From: Promethearchaeia archaeon
Lineage (GTDB): Archaea > Asgardarchaeota > Lokiarchaeia > Sigyniarchaeales > SOKP01
Reading direction: 5' to 3'
Assembly (NCBI GenBank): GCA_046497275.1
Contig: JAWOFX010000078.1
Span: 3,024-67,023 of the forward strand
Length of the DNA stretch: 64,000 bases
Part shown: piece by piece, positions 21,628 through 32,529 of the stretch
Position numbering within the stretch: the stretch's first letter is position 1
Layout: every line of letters starts with the position of its first letter
Notes under the pieces: model-generated
What the model was told of the DNA's origin: nothing
The model's database searches: none
Seen by the model: the letters and a program-made list of their open reading frames with translations, nothing else
Position numbers and translations under genes: made by a program

Positions 21628-22632
21628 ATGGATCAAAAAAAAGAGTTTATAATAAAACTCATTCCATCAATTTTATATTTTGGATTATGTACTATTATAC
21701 TTCTACTTGACTTTAATATCTGGATAGAAGGCTCTGAGGAGTATCCAAAATTCTATATCATGCCAATAGTAATCTCATTGATATTGTATATTTTTTTAAT
21801 AGTAGCATTAGAGATTTTCAAAAAAGGAAAGTCATTAGAATCATTGGGAAGCGATGTAGATTTTCAGAAAACGGTCTATCTTTTCATAATATATTTGATG
21901 GTAATATGGGTTCCCAGACAATTTATGATATGGAAATTTGGAATTACATATGAAAAACTTCCTTTACTTTACTTAATAGTGACTCAAATAATTTTAGTTG
22001 AGGGATTAATTTTAAAAGATTTCGGTCTCAAAAAGCAGAATCTACTGAAAAATATCATTCTAGGATGTCTTATCGCTCTGTTAGATATTTCTATTATGAC
22101 ACTTGTAAATATTATAATCCCTCTAGCCTTAGAAGGAAATAATGCTTTTTCAATAATCGAAACCTTCGAAATTATGCAATTTATAACTCTTGCGTGGCAA
22201 ATGTTAGCAGTTGGTGTAAGTGAGGAACTATTTTTTAGAGGTTATTTCTTTACTAAAATGCGTAGATCGGGTAAATCATTTTGGTATGCCACAATTTTTA
22301 CTTCTATTGTGTTTATGATTTTTCATATTCCTTGGCTTATCAATGCAGATTTAACTTTAAATCTTAGTATCTCTTATGTCATTTGGCGTGTAATTAATAC
22401 ATTTCCTTTTGCGATTGTATGTTGTGTTTTATATGAAAAAACAGGGAGTTTGGCTGCCCCAATAGTATACCATGGATTTAGTAATTCCTTAACGTCATTT
22501 ATTTTTCTTTATGTGAGTCCAAGTTCCTTATTTCTAGCAGAAATTCTTATTTCTTCTATAGCATTTTTCAATTTGTTCTTTATTGCTCTCATAGCGCCAA
22601 AATTAGTGAAAATATTAAAAATAAAGAAATAA
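21628..22632 (+). CDS. CPBP (Rce1-like) intramembrane metalloprotease
   Basis: VSEELFFRGYFF (EExxxR), FMIFHIPW (FxxxH), VYHGFSNS. Confidence 0.88.
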   Translation: MDQKKEFIIKLIPSILYFGLCTIILLLDFNIWIEGSEEYPKFYIMPIVISLILYIFLIVALEIFKKGKSLESLGSDVDFQKTVYLFIIYLMVIWVPRQFMIWKFGITYEKLPLLYLIVTQIILVEGLILKDFGLKKQNLLKNIILGCLIALLDISIMTLVNIIIPLALEGNNAFSIIETFEIMQFITLAWQMLAVGVSEELFFRGYFFTKMRRSGKSFWYATIFTSIVFMIFHIPWLINADLTLNLSISYVIWRVINTFPFAIVCCVLYEKTGSLAAPIVYHGFSNSLTSFIFLYVSPSSLFLAEILISSIAFFNLFFIALIAPKLVKILKIKK

Positions 22633-22639
22633 AAATTAT

Positions 22640-23536
22640 TTATACTCTATTTTTTTTATCAGTATCTCTAAGATCTAGATCTAAAGGATCCTCTAAAGGC
22701 CCACTTATTCCGATCTTTTTAGCGAATTTCTGGATATAGCGTTTTCTATGTTCATATGTCATATCAATTAAAATGAATATGGGAACTATAATCAAAGTAA
22801 ATATGATTGGAAATAATGGCCACGTTATCAAAAAGATTATGTTCGAGATCTCGACAGATCCTCCACCTAAATTAATGCTTATAAATACCGCTAAGATTTG
22901 ATAATATGAAATAATCACTGTTATACCCGCATAACCTTTCAATAAATAATTAAGCCACGAACCCACACCTCTCACTTCTACTGGGAATGTTTTGTCCTTA
23001 ACTCTATTTCTATTTGTATAAACTATACCAGCATCCAATAAGAACCATACAGCACTAAATGCTGCTAAGGAAAATCCAAGCAAAAAGGAAATTAATATAT
23101 TAAATGTTAATCCTTGTGCAAAATCTGTGGTATATCCGACAAAAAACTCTTGAAGTACAGGATTTTCTGATAGTATTAAAGCAAAATTGATGGTCATTAA
23201 TACTGGAAAAAAACCTCGCAAAGAACCTTTAAATTCTTTACTTTGACTCCTCTCTTGGATACCGTATTCCATTTTTAAACCAATTGTGTATTTATGGACA
23301 ACTAAAAGGAGCGGAGCTAACACGTATCCCGGTAAGATTCCTCCAATAAGTGCAGATGCCCATGAAATTAGTAGAATTAACAAGGAGTCAAATCCCATAT
23401 TTTCAATGGGTGAGAATGCTATAAATCCACTACCTGATGCAAAAAAGCCTAAAATAAATGTGACGAGTAAAAAAATTACAAAAATTATTGTGGTTATAAT
23501 TAAAGGTTTTTTATATCGTTTGATTGTCATTTTCAA
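22640..23536 (-). CDS. Integral membrane protein, unknown function
   Basis: Multiple hydrophobic segments. Confidence 0.55.
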   Translation of the reverse strand: MKMTIKRYKKPLIITTIIFVIFLLVTFILGFFASGSGFIAFSPIENMGFDSLLILLISWASALIGGILPGYVLAPLLLVVHKYTIGLKMEYGIQERSQSKEFKGSLRGFFPVLMTINFALILSENPVLQEFFVGYTTDFAQGLTFNILISFLLGFSLAAFSAVWFLLDAGIVYTNRNRVKDKTFPVEVRGVGSWLNYLLKGYAGITVIISYYQILAVFISINLGGGSVEISNIIFLITWPLFPIIFTLIIVPIFILIDMTYEHRKRYIQKFAKKIGISGPLEDPLDLDLRDTDKKNRV

Positions 23537-23645
23537 ATCAAGGAAAATTTTTTATTTAGTATAATTATTAGAATCAATTTAATTGAACTAATATAAAAAA
23601 TTTCTTGTTTTTGCCTAGTTTCGCTAATAGAATAATATTAATTCA

Positions 23646-24878
23646 TTGGAAATCTTTAATAAAGCTCATAAGTATTATTATTTAGATATGGATGCAAAAG
23701 AACGAGTATTAAATGCAATAGAACACAAGGAATCAGATAGAATCCCATCATTTGAGCTTTCAATAGATAATTTGAGCATTTGTAAGCATTTTGAGGAAGA
23801 GTACGTTTTTCAAGGTATCGTGAAAAGCTTTCAACAAACATATAAATTGTGTGAGGGGGATACTGACGCCTTGACAAAAACGATTTTAATGGCTACTGAA
23901 ACACGATCGTATCTTAAAAATACATTAAATAGACATCTAAGTCTGTATCAAAAAATTGGGATAGATTTATCTATAGTTCCTTTTACAGGCTATATTTTAT
24001 TTCCAAAAAATTGTTTTGAGGATTATTTTATAGATGAGTATGGTCGGATTTTTGATTTAAAAAGAAATCCCTCGGATATGATGGATATTGCATATTATAA
24101 AACAGGTTATTTTGAAAATTTCGAAGATTATGAAAATTTCGAAAGACCAAATCCTAAGGAAGCAAGAAGAGAAACATATTTTAAGGCAATGAAAAAAACG
24201 GAGAAACAGTATAAAGGTGAGGTATTTGTAATCCCGTCAATGTGGGGGGTATTTGAATCCACATGGCAATCATTTGGGTTTTCCACATTTAGCAAATTAA
24301 TGCGAGATCCTCGCAAGATGGAAAATATTTTTAATGAGAGAGGGAACTTTGCATTAGAATTAGCTAAGACTTTCATAGAATGGGGGGAAGATGGAGCGAT
24401 TCTAATATATGATGATTATGGATATAAATCAGGTCTATTAATGAACCCTAAAATGTTGCAGAAATATGTTATTCCTTGGATAGAAAAAATATGCCAAGAA
24501 GCTCATAAAAGTGGTGTGAAAATTATTCTTCATAGTTGTGGTGATGTTTATGAAATATTTGATGATCTTGTAAACACAGGAATCGATGCTATCCACCCTA
24601 TCGAACCAACTACAAGTAATCCAAAATATGATATCTTTCAATTGGCTAAAAAATATGGAGAGCGTCTTACATTTATTGGGAATGTTTCTCCTCAGGATTT
24701 AGCTAATAAGGACACAGCATATATTAAAAATTATACTTCCAAATTAATTAAGAAATTAGGACCAAATGGAGGATATATTATGAGTTCAGGGCATAGCATT
24801 AATCCAGCAGTGAAATTGGAAAACTTTTTGGCTATGTATGAAACTTTAGAAAAGGAAGGGGTATATCCTATAAATTAA
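23646..24878 (+). CDS. Uroporphyrinogen decarboxylase (URO-D)-family protein, possibly corrinoid methyltransferase-like
   Basis: HKESDRIPSFEL..., ILHSCGDVYEIFDDLVNTGIDAIHPIEP, LTFIGNVSPQ, GGYIMSSGHSINP. Confidence 0.8.
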   Translation: MEIFNKAHKYYYLDMDAKERVLNAIEHKESDRIPSFELSIDNLSICKHFEEEYVFQGIVKSFQQTYKLCEGDTDALTKTILMATETRSYLKNTLNRHLSLYQKIGIDLSIVPFTGYILFPKNCFEDYFIDEYGRIFDLKRNPSDMMDIAYYKTGYFENFEDYENFERPNPKEARRETYFKAMKKTEKQYKGEVFVIPSMWGVFESTWQSFGFSTFSKLMRDPRKMENIFNERGNFALELAKTFIEWGEDGAILIYDDYGYKSGLLMNPKMLQKYVIPWIEKICQEAHKSGVKIILHSCGDVYEIFDDLVNTGIDAIHPIEPTTSNPKYDIFQLAKKYGERLTFIGNVSPQDLANKDTAYIKNYTSKLIKKLGPNGGYIMSSGHSINPAVKLENFLAMYETLEKEGVYPIN

Positions 24879-25062
24879 AATCAAATATTTCTAATTTACT
24901 TTTTAAAATAAAAAGCATACTTATACTTCTAAAAATTAGTATCAGTTCAGTTATATTTTATTGATCATTATAAGAACTCTTTTGAGGTTTTATCAATCTA
25001 TACTATCAATAATGAATGATTAAATAATCATAATTGATATTAAAAAACTATAAAAAACGATA

Positions 25063-25671
25063 ATGTCTCAAGTAACCAAAATTGTTGAGGAAGGCTATAA
25101 TAAGATTGCTGAATCATATTATAACCATCGTAATTTAGAAAAATTCAATGGAGAGCTCGAAAGTTTTTCATTATTAATTCCAGAGAATGCAAAAGTTTTA
25201 GATGTTGGATGTGGTGCAGGTATTCCAACTGCTAAATTTCTCGTAAAAAAAGGATTTGATGTTACTGGAATAGATATTTCTGAGAGGATGATTGACTTAG
25301 CCAGAGAAAATGTTCCCAATGGAAAATTTTTAAAGATGGATATTAATAATTTAGATTTTCCCGAGGAAAGCTTTGACGGAATCATCTCTGTTTATACCTT
25401 ATTTCATATTCCTAAGGAAAATCATTTTAAAATTTTTCAAAACTTTTATTCACTCTTAAAACCAGAAGGTGTGATTATGATTAATACCGGAATATCAGAA
25501 TCAGAAAGTTTCAGTAGGTTTTTTGGAGTTAAAATGTTTTGGAGCAACCATAATCCAGATAAAACTTTAGCATTAGTAAAAGACGCGGGATTTTCAGTAT
25601 TGTTTGAGGGAATATTAGTAAGAGGTGGAGAATATCAATATTGGATTTTTGGAAAGAAAGAAAAAAATTAA
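25063..25671 (+). CDS. Class I SAM-dependent methyltransferase
   Basis: VLDVGCGAGIPTAKFLVKKGFDVTGIDISERM. Confidence 0.9.
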   Translation: MSQVTKIVEEGYNKIAESYYNHRNLEKFNGELESFSLLIPENAKVLDVGCGAGIPTAKFLVKKGFDVTGIDISERMIDLARENVPNGKFLKMDINNLDFPEESFDGIISVYTLFHIPKENHFKIFQNFYSLLKPEGVIMINTGISESESFSRFFGVKMFWSNHNPDKTLALVKDAGFSVLFEGILVRGGEYQYWIFGKKEKN

Positions 25672-25973
25672 AGAAATTTATTATATTTTTAACTTTTTTA
25701 ATAAATTTTTAAGCAATTTAGAAATAATGCGCTAAGGACTTTATAATCTTTTATCTCTATAGATATATATAATTAATCTAAAATCCATTTAATCTTCTTT
25801 AAAAAATTCATAAAAACCTTACTTATATTTTTCTTACAAAAAGGTTAAAAAGGCTTTTTTATAAATAAAATTAGGATATATTTTTGAAAGGATCTTCAAA
25901 AAAGACCTTATAATTTAATAGGGATTAGGTTTAATGAAAAAAAATTATAAAAATAACTAATATTGGGATAAAA

Positions 25974-27128
25974 TTGTCTAAGGAAATAAAGAAAGCAACT
26001 GAATCAAATCAATTTTTATCAAGTTTATTTAATAACATGGAAGCGGCTGTATTTCTGGTTGATAAAGAAGCCCGTGTTAAAAATATAAATAAATCCTTCA
26101 GCAAACTCTTTCAAAAATCTGAGGAAGAGATCTACAACGAATTATGTGGCAATGCGATCGGATGCATTTTTCCTATAAGAGAAGAAACGGATTGTGGAAA
26201 AACATATAATTGTAATAAATGCACTCTCAGGAAAGCAATAATGAAGTGTTTTAAAGAAAAGGGAGAAGTACAAAGAACGATACTTAAAAGAGAATTTTAT
26301 TTAGGCGACAATTTTTACTTAAAATACTTCTATATTATAGCAAACTATTTTGAATATGAGGAGAATGAATTCGTACTGATTATAATTAATGATATAACAG
26401 AAATAGAATCGGCAAGAGAAAGACTAAAAGAATTGAATAGGATTAGAAATGAATTCTTAGGAATAGCTGCCCACGACTTAAAAAGTCCAATCTCTGTTAT
26501 TTCTATGGCCTCATCTTACTTATTAGAGATTCCAGAGTTAAGGGGAAATAATGAAAATAAGAAATTATTGGAATTAATACAAAATTCCAGTAACTATATG
26601 ATAGAATTAGTGAATAACTTTTTGGATTTGTCAAAAATAGAGGCTGGTGAACTAATTCTTGATAAAATAGAAGTAGATTATGTAGAATTCGTGAAAGAGG
26701 TTTTAGAATTGAATAAAATTGCTGCTAGAAGTAAGAATATTAATATTGATTTAGATGTAGTAGATAACTATTCTCCTATAATAAAGATCGATAAAAGCTA
26801 TATCCAACAGGTAATAAACAATCTAATTGATAATGCAATTAAATTCTCACATCAAGGTTCCATAATAACTGTTAGAATCATGAAAAAAGATACGGACATG
26901 GTTTTAACTGAAATTTCTGATCAAGGTCAAGGAATTCCCGAAAAAGATATTGATAATTTATTTAGAAAATATCGAACCAGTTCTGTAAAAACTCCGAACG
27001 GTGGGAAAAGTAGCGGACTAGGTTTAGCAATTTCTAAAAAAATTGTGAAAAAACATGATGGGAAAATAGGAGTCAGAAGCAAATTAGGAAAAGGTTCAAC
27101 ATTCTATTTTATACTTCCTCTAAATTAA
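25974..27128 (+). CDS. PAS-domain sensor histidine kinase (cytosolic)
   Basis: PAS region, HisKA AAHDLKSPISVISM, HATPase_c DNAIKFSHQGS...DQGQGIPE...GLGLAISKKIV. Confidence 0.95.
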   Translation: MSKEIKKATESNQFLSSLFNNMEAAVFLVDKEARVKNINKSFSKLFQKSEEEIYNELCGNAIGCIFPIREETDCGKTYNCNKCTLRKAIMKCFKEKGEVQRTILKREFYLGDNFYLKYFYIIANYFEYEENEFVLIIINDITEIESARERLKELNRIRNEFLGIAAHDLKSPISVISMASSYLLEIPELRGNNENKKLLELIQNSSNYMIELVNNFLDLSKIEAGELILDKIEVDYVEFVKEVLELNKIAARSKNINIDLDVVDNYSPIIKIDKSYIQQVINNLIDNAIKFSHQGSIITVRIMKKDTDMVLTEISDQGQGIPEKDIDNLFRKYRTSSVKTPNGGKSSGLGLAISKKIVKKHDGKIGVRSKLGKGSTFYFILPLN

Positions 27129-27280
27129 ATAATCTAAGTAAAATATTAATTTTAAGAAATTACTCTATATAATTCTATAAATCTATATATTACAAAAGTT
27201 TAGATATGTTATTTTTTACTACTTTATTACTATTTTAAACGATATACTAAAAAATAAATATCTAATAACGGATTATTACA

Positions 27281-29494
27281 ATGCTCTTTAAAAAAAACAA
27301 ATCAATATTATTCATTTTACTTTTCATCGGATTAATGCTTCCTTTGAGTTTTCATTTTTTAGTAGGTTTTTCTGAAAATCCTTTTACTAAAGAAAATCAG
27401 AGTGAATTTATTAACCGCGATTTTGAAATTCCTAAACTAAATTATATCTCAGATTCTTATCCGACGAATGAAAGTGTTGCGATAATAATTAATTCAACAA
27501 TATGGTCCGATCCAAATGCAAAAAATGCGATTAATCAATATGAAAATGATTTAAAATCTACAGGGTATAATATTTTGAAATATAGCGCTAATATTACCAA
27601 TGCTAAAACTCTTAAAAATCTACTAAAAGGGTATTATGAGAATTATAATTTGAGTGGAGCAGTATTTATCGGGGATTTACCATATATTTGGTTCGAGGAT
27701 CCTGCAGAAGATTATAACGAAGTTTTCGAATGTGATATATATTTTATGGATCTTGATGGTGATTGGTATGATACAAATGGAGATGGGATTTATGATGTAC
27801 ACAATGCAACTTCAGGAGCAGATGTACATCCGGAGATTTATATAGGAAGGATTGACGCTTCAAATAGAAATCTAGGATCTCAAACAAATGCTCAAGATAT
27901 ATATACCCTTCTAAATCGTTTACATTCTTATCGAAAGGGGAATTTAGCCATAGAACACAAAGCTTTAATGTATATAGATGATGATTGGCAAGGAGATGCA
28001 AATGGCACTTGGAATAACTGGCCAGCATGGATTGAAAATGCTTATGATAACCATGATGATATTCACACTCCAAGTACATGGACAAATAAGACTGATTGGT
28101 TAAATCGTCTTTATAGCAGTAATTATGAATTTGCTCATCTAGCAGTACATACATCATCATCTTCTATAGAAGGAAAGCATTATTTCGGTTCGGGATATGC
28201 AGGATCTGAAGGAAATTTAACTGCGACCGAAGTTCATAATAATGGAGGCGGTTTCAGCTTTTATAATTTATTTTGTTGTTGGGGAGCAGATTATAATACC
28301 TCTGATTGCATGGCAAATACATATCTATTTTCTGGAAATAATACTCAAGCAGTACTTGGATCAACAAAATCAGGCGGTATGCTTAATGGTGCATATTTTT
28401 ATGACAGTTTAGCGGAGAATAATACCTTTGGTCAAGCTCTTAAAGATTGGTTCCAATCAAATCCAACTTTAGGAGATATTAACAATCAATCATGGTTTTA
28501 TGGGATGTGTATTTTAGGAGATCCTTTTTCAACCATCCATTATGATTGCTCTGTACCAAAACCAACTATAAATTCAATAAAGCATAATGACGATCAATGG
28601 AGTCAAATGAGCTCTTTAGTTAGCTTTAATTGGACTTGTGTTTCTGATGTAAACGGACTTGATGGATCTTATTATATCTTTGATCAAAATCCTAATACGG
28701 TTCCAACCGCGAGCACTGGTATATACACAAAAATAAATGGAACATCCTTTTCGAACGTTGCTGATGGCATTTGGTATCTTCATGTTGTCGCAAAAGATAA
28801 ATTGGGGAATATTGGAGAAATAGGTGATCATTTCAAGTTAAAAATTGATACTACTGGTCCTGCTATAAATCTATTAACACCAGTAAATAATTACAACTCA
28901 TCGAGCAATTCTGTCTTTATTTCTTATGAAGCAATCGATCTTTACAACACATTTATGTTTTCCAGTGTATATGATGTTACCACAGATGTCTGGATTGATG
29001 TTGGGAGTCCCAACAAAAACGCAACTGCAACATCTTTGATACAAGGGCAACATATTATCAATATCACATGTTCTGATTCATTAGCAAATCCGAGTATCTT
29101 GCAATTCTCTATCTTTGTTGATCTTACTGATCCATTTATAAATATAACAAGTCCTTTATTTAATGAAACAGTGGAAAATAGATTTACGATCACATGGCAA
29201 GCTCTAGATGGAGAAAGTGGTATTAAATACACCGAGATATATAGCGATGAAACTCTTATTAAAACGGTGAATGGACCTCTTCAGAGCACAACGATCTCAG
29301 GATTAAGTGGAGGAGCTCATAATATTAATGTGACTACGTATGATTGGTCTGGTCGTTCCGCCTCTCAAACTATTTTACTTAATATATTAGCACCTCAGAA
29401 TAATATCCCTGGTTTTCCTATAAGTCTATTCTTGATTGGCTTAGCATTGATTTCAATAGTTTATATTGGTTCTAAAAAACAGAAACAACTCTAA
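27281..29494 (+). CDS. Secreted/surface C25 gingipain-like cysteine peptidase with Ig-like domains and C-terminal sorting-type TM tail
   Basis: Signal peptide, YIGRIDASNR, candidate His/Cys regions AHLAVHTSSSS and FYNLFCCWGADY, C-terminal NNIPGFPISLFLIGLALISIVYIGSKKQK. Confidence 0.65.
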   Translation: MLFKKNKSILFILLFIGLMLPLSFHFLVGFSENPFTKENQSEFINRDFEIPKLNYISDSYPTNESVAIIINSTIWSDPNAKNAINQYENDLKSTGYNILKYSANITNAKTLKNLLKGYYENYNLSGAVFIGDLPYIWFEDPAEDYNEVFECDIYFMDLDGDWYDTNGDGIYDVHNATSGADVHPEIYIGRIDASNRNLGSQTNAQDIYTLLNRLHSYRKGNLAIEHKALMYIDDDWQGDANGTWNNWPAWIENAYDNHDDIHTPSTWTNKTDWLNRLYSSNYEFAHLAVHTSSSSIEGKHYFGSGYAGSEGNLTATEVHNNGGGFSFYNLFCCWGADYNTSDCMANTYLFSGNNTQAVLGSTKSGGMLNGAYFYDSLAENNTFGQALKDWFQSNPTLGDINNQSWFYGMCILGDPFSTIHYDCSVPKPTINSIKHNDDQWSQMSSLVSFNWTCVSDVNGLDGSYYIFDQNPNTVPTASTGIYTKINGTSFSNVADGIWYLHVVAKDKLGNIGEIGDHFKLKIDTTGPAINLLTPVNNYNSSSNSVFISYEAIDLYNTFMFSSVYDVTTDVWIDVGSPNKNATATSLIQGQHIINITCSDSLANPSILQFSIFVDLTDPFINITSPLFNETVENRFTITWQALDGESGIKYTEIYSDETLIKTVNGPLQSTTISGLSGGAHNINVTTYDWSGRSASQTILLNILAPQNNIPGFPISLFLIGLALISIVYIGSKKQKQL

Positions 29495-29623
29495 AAACAT
29501 ATATTTTCCTTTTTTTTATTTAATTCAAATTTTTTATTTAAATATAACTAATTTAAAGAAGATTTAGCCATAAATCGGCACTCTCTTTAATTTAAATTTT
29601 GTTGAGAGGTTTAAATAAATTAG

Positions 29624-29923
29624 ATGTTTATGATGATAATGAAAAATATATCAAAAACGATTCAAAAATATACTTTAAATTTAAAAAAATATCCGAATGG
29701 ACAGTTAGCCGTATTTATAAAAGATGAGGATGGTTTTCCTATAGCTGAAATCTCGATTTTGGCTGATTCCATTGATTTAAATGAGAATGAATTCATCTAT
29801 AAAGATTATTCAGAATATAACAATCTTTCACAAGAATTATTAGATTCAAACGTTATCAAACCGACTAACAGATTTGTAATTATCGGATCTCATCTTTGCC
29901 CAATATGTGTCATTCCGAGTTAA
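29624..29923 (+). CDS. Hypothetical protein
   Basis: ORF of 99 aa, GSHLCPICVIPS C-terminus. Confidence 0.35.
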   Translation: MFMMIMKNISKTIQKYTLNLKKYPNGQLAVFIKDEDGFPIAEISILADSIDLNENEFIYKDYSEYNNLSQELLDSNVIKPTNRFVIIGSHLCPICVIPS

Positions 29924-31701
29924 GTTTGAAGAGGCTTTATAATCTCAATAAATTTATTGCCTCCGTTTGACTGATTTCCGCTCAAGATTAGTCTTTCCTT
30001 TGACCGCGTAACTCCTACATAAAGGAGTTGTCTCTCTTTATCAGAGGTATATGTATCCAATTCTGGAATAATGATGGTATCAAATTCTAATCCTTTAGTG
30101 CCATGAAGAGTTCCAATTAACACTCCTGGACTCTCAAAATTATATTGTTCCAAATCTTTCCATTCTATATTAAAATTTTTAAAAAATTCAAAAAGTGGGT
30201 GGTTAAAGTTTCGTTTTGCGAGATTTTTCTTGAACAATATCAAGATCTTGGCGTTTTGTTTAAGTAAGCGATCTATTCTTTCGGTTAATTTCATATACTC
30301 ATCTTGCCTTGAGTCGCTTAAAATAATCTCAACAATTCCATGGTTTCCAATAAATTCTTTAGTAGGTATAAATTCATCAAATTGACCTATGAGATTTATA
30401 ATACTTTCTGGTAAGACTTTTTGAGCAACTAATCCAATTTCAATTGGTGTACGATATGACTTTTCAAATCTTCTCACCCTTCCTCGAGCTTGAATTCCAA
30501 CACTCGACCACGTGAACCTTTTTCTCGCATAAATACCTTGAAGCCCGTCGCATGTGATTAATAAAGAGTTGGTTTGAGGATTTAACAATGGAATGATTGA
30601 GCGAAACCAATCTTCTTCAAAATCTTGAGCCTCATCAATGAGAATTGCATCATATAATACCTTTTTCTCTCCTTTTGTTTCTAACTTTTTGATGAGAAGA
30701 TTTGGAACAAATTCGTGAAAAAATAGTGACATTTTTCCTTTGTTTTTGGCACTTTCTTCTCCTTCCTCATAAAGTTTCGAGAATTGATCATGTTCACTTA
30801 ATAAATAATGGCGAGCCCATGAATGGTAAGTGGTGATCCTTATATCTGCTTCATAATCTTGTGGATTCAAAAGATGAAATAAAAGATTTCTTAATAACCT
30901 ATTATAGCATAGAATAAGAATTTTCCAATCTGGATTATTTAATGCTAAATACCGTGCACGTGCAATTAATAGTATGGTTTTTCCACTTCCAGCAACTCCA
31001 AATATTAATCGATGTCCCTCTCCTAATTCGTGTGCTAATTCTTCTTGTTCATCATCTAAAAGTTTTACTTTATCTTCTGATTTTATATAGGTTCTCAAAT
31101 TGGATTGACTAATAGTAGGTAGTCGACAAGTTGGAATTATATTCGCGCGTAGGATATTGAAATAATTTGATTCTAATTGAAATTGAGGAGGAATAAAATC
31201 ATTAAAAAAATGGTGGAAATTCTCATTTCTGCCAATAATTTCCTTAAAACATGGAAATACATGTTTTGGTGACAGATATTTAATTTTTTCAGCAACCTTA
31301 CTATTTTCCGATATCTGGCTGAATATGATTATGCGAATAATAGGGATATCTATATCTTCGGGAAAGTTGCTATGATCTATTTTATTTTTTATTGCTCTCC
31401 AATATTGATATATCTGATCAAATGGATTTGAAACCATTTTAGTTTTTTGATTCTTGCTAATTTCCCACGCACCTGATTTAGTAATAGTTTTGAGAGTATT
31501 TTGAGAGTAATCTTTCACTTCTACCACAATAACCCCAAATTTCGGTGATAATAGTAAGAAATCAGGTCTTAAACCGTTTATATCAGGTTCAAAATATACA
31601 TAAACCTCATTTTCCTCAGAAAAATAGTCTTCAATTCGATAATAAAAAGATCTTTCGCCCGGCATCGAATTTGAATTTGGTTTACTGAGAAATTTTGGCA
31701 T
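29920..31701 (-). CDS. NERD nuclease-related domain plus superfamily 1 (UvrD-like) helicase
   Basis: GLRPDFLLLSPKFGVIVVEVKD (NERD), FGVAGSGKT Walker A, ILIDEAQDF, GTLHGTKGLEFDTIIIPEL, YVGVTRSKERL. Confidence 0.9.
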   Translation of the reverse strand: MPKFLSKPNSNSMPGERSFYYRIEDYFSEENEVYVYFEPDINGLRPDFLLLSPKFGVIVVEVKDYSQNTLKTITKSGAWEISKNQKTKMVSNPFDQIYQYWRAIKNKIDHSNFPEDIDIPIIRIIIFSQISENSKVAEKIKYLSPKHVFPCFKEIIGRNENFHHFFNDFIPPQFQLESNYFNILRANIIPTCRLPTISQSNLRTYIKSEDKVKLLDDEQEELAHELGEGHRLIFGVAGSGKTILLIARARYLALNNPDWKILILCYNRLLRNLLFHLLNPQDYEADIRITTYHSWARHYLLSEHDQFSKLYEEGEESAKNKGKMSLFFHEFVPNLLIKKLETKGEKKVLYDAILIDEAQDFEEDWFRSIIPLLNPQTNSLLITCDGLQGIYARKRFTWSSVGIQARGRVRRFEKSYRTPIEIGLVAQKVLPESIINLIGQFDEFIPTKEFIGNHGIVEIILSDSRQDEYMKLTERIDRLLKQNAKILILFKKNLAKRNFNHPLFEFFKNFNIEWKDLEQYNFESPGVLIGTLHGTKGLEFDTIIIPELDTYTSDKERQLLYVGVTRSKERLILSGNQSNGGNKFIEIIKPLQT

Positions 31702-31890
31702 ATGTTTATACCCATTTGAAATATTTCATTTTTTGTGCACAATATTCCTTAAATAAAGAATTGTAAAGGTTATAAATAAATCTACCGTTCATATCACGCA
31801 GAGGATAACGGAAAATGTAATTTTTTCCTTTTTGAGAAAAAATATCTTTGAATTTTGAAATATCTAGAAAAAGAAAGTAAAAACTCATAA

Positions 31891-32445
31891 TCATAATTCT
31901 AATTCTAAATGAATATCATCTGGTTCCAATTGATATAATTCAGGGTTAATTTCTGAAGCCAATTTACAATTCAAAGATAAATAAAATCCAATAGTATGTT
32001 CGGAAGGAGTAGCTGATATATATAACTTTTTTGCTCCTAATTCTTTTGCCTTTAATTTTGCTTTTTCCATCAGTTTTTGACCCAAACCTTTATCTCTGTA
32101 TTTCTGATCAACATGCAGAAAAACCACTTGTAATTGATCTTCGTTTTTACCTATGAATTTCGATTCTAAAGCAACAACACCTATTAAATTCGAATTTTTG
32201 AATGCTCCATAGAAATAACCATTACGTTCATATAAACTGTATAGATTATTAATAATCAAATCTATTTGCTTGGGATTCCAGCCTTTAATATCGTAAACTT
32301 CCTCTTTTAAGACTAATTTACCATTTTCAAAATAGTATATACGATTAATTATTTCACTGCGATCGATTTTTCTAATATCGTCTATTTCGTGTTTTTCCAT
32401 TTTTCTAATTATAATATCCTTCATTATTTCAAAGACTTTAATCAA
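31891..32445 (-). CDS. GNAT family N-acetyltransferase
   Basis: VVFLHVDQKYRDKGLGQKLMEKAKLKAKELG. Confidence 0.9.
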   Translation of the reverse strand: MIKVFEIMKDIIIRKMEKHEIDDIRKIDRSEIINRIYYFENGKLVLKEEVYDIKGWNPKQIDLIINNLYSLYERNGYFYGAFKNSNLIGVVALESKFIGKNEDQLQVVFLHVDQKYRDKGLGQKLMEKAKLKAKELGAKKLYISATPSEHTIGFYLSLNCKLASEINPELYQLEPDDIHLELEL

Positions 32446-32529
32446 TCAAAATAATAATAAGAAAAATATCATATATTTATTTAAAATCTTACTTTATCGA
32501 ATTTTATTTTATGGGGAATAGAAGATAAA

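Noticed and set aside
27654-29232. ORFs within the gingipain-like gene
   Set aside because: Shadow frames of a long well-supported CDS.
31706-31894. 62-aa minus ORF between helicase and GNAT genes
   Set aside because: Not listed as a feature because composition is not clearly protein-like; kept only as a possibility in the NERD finding.
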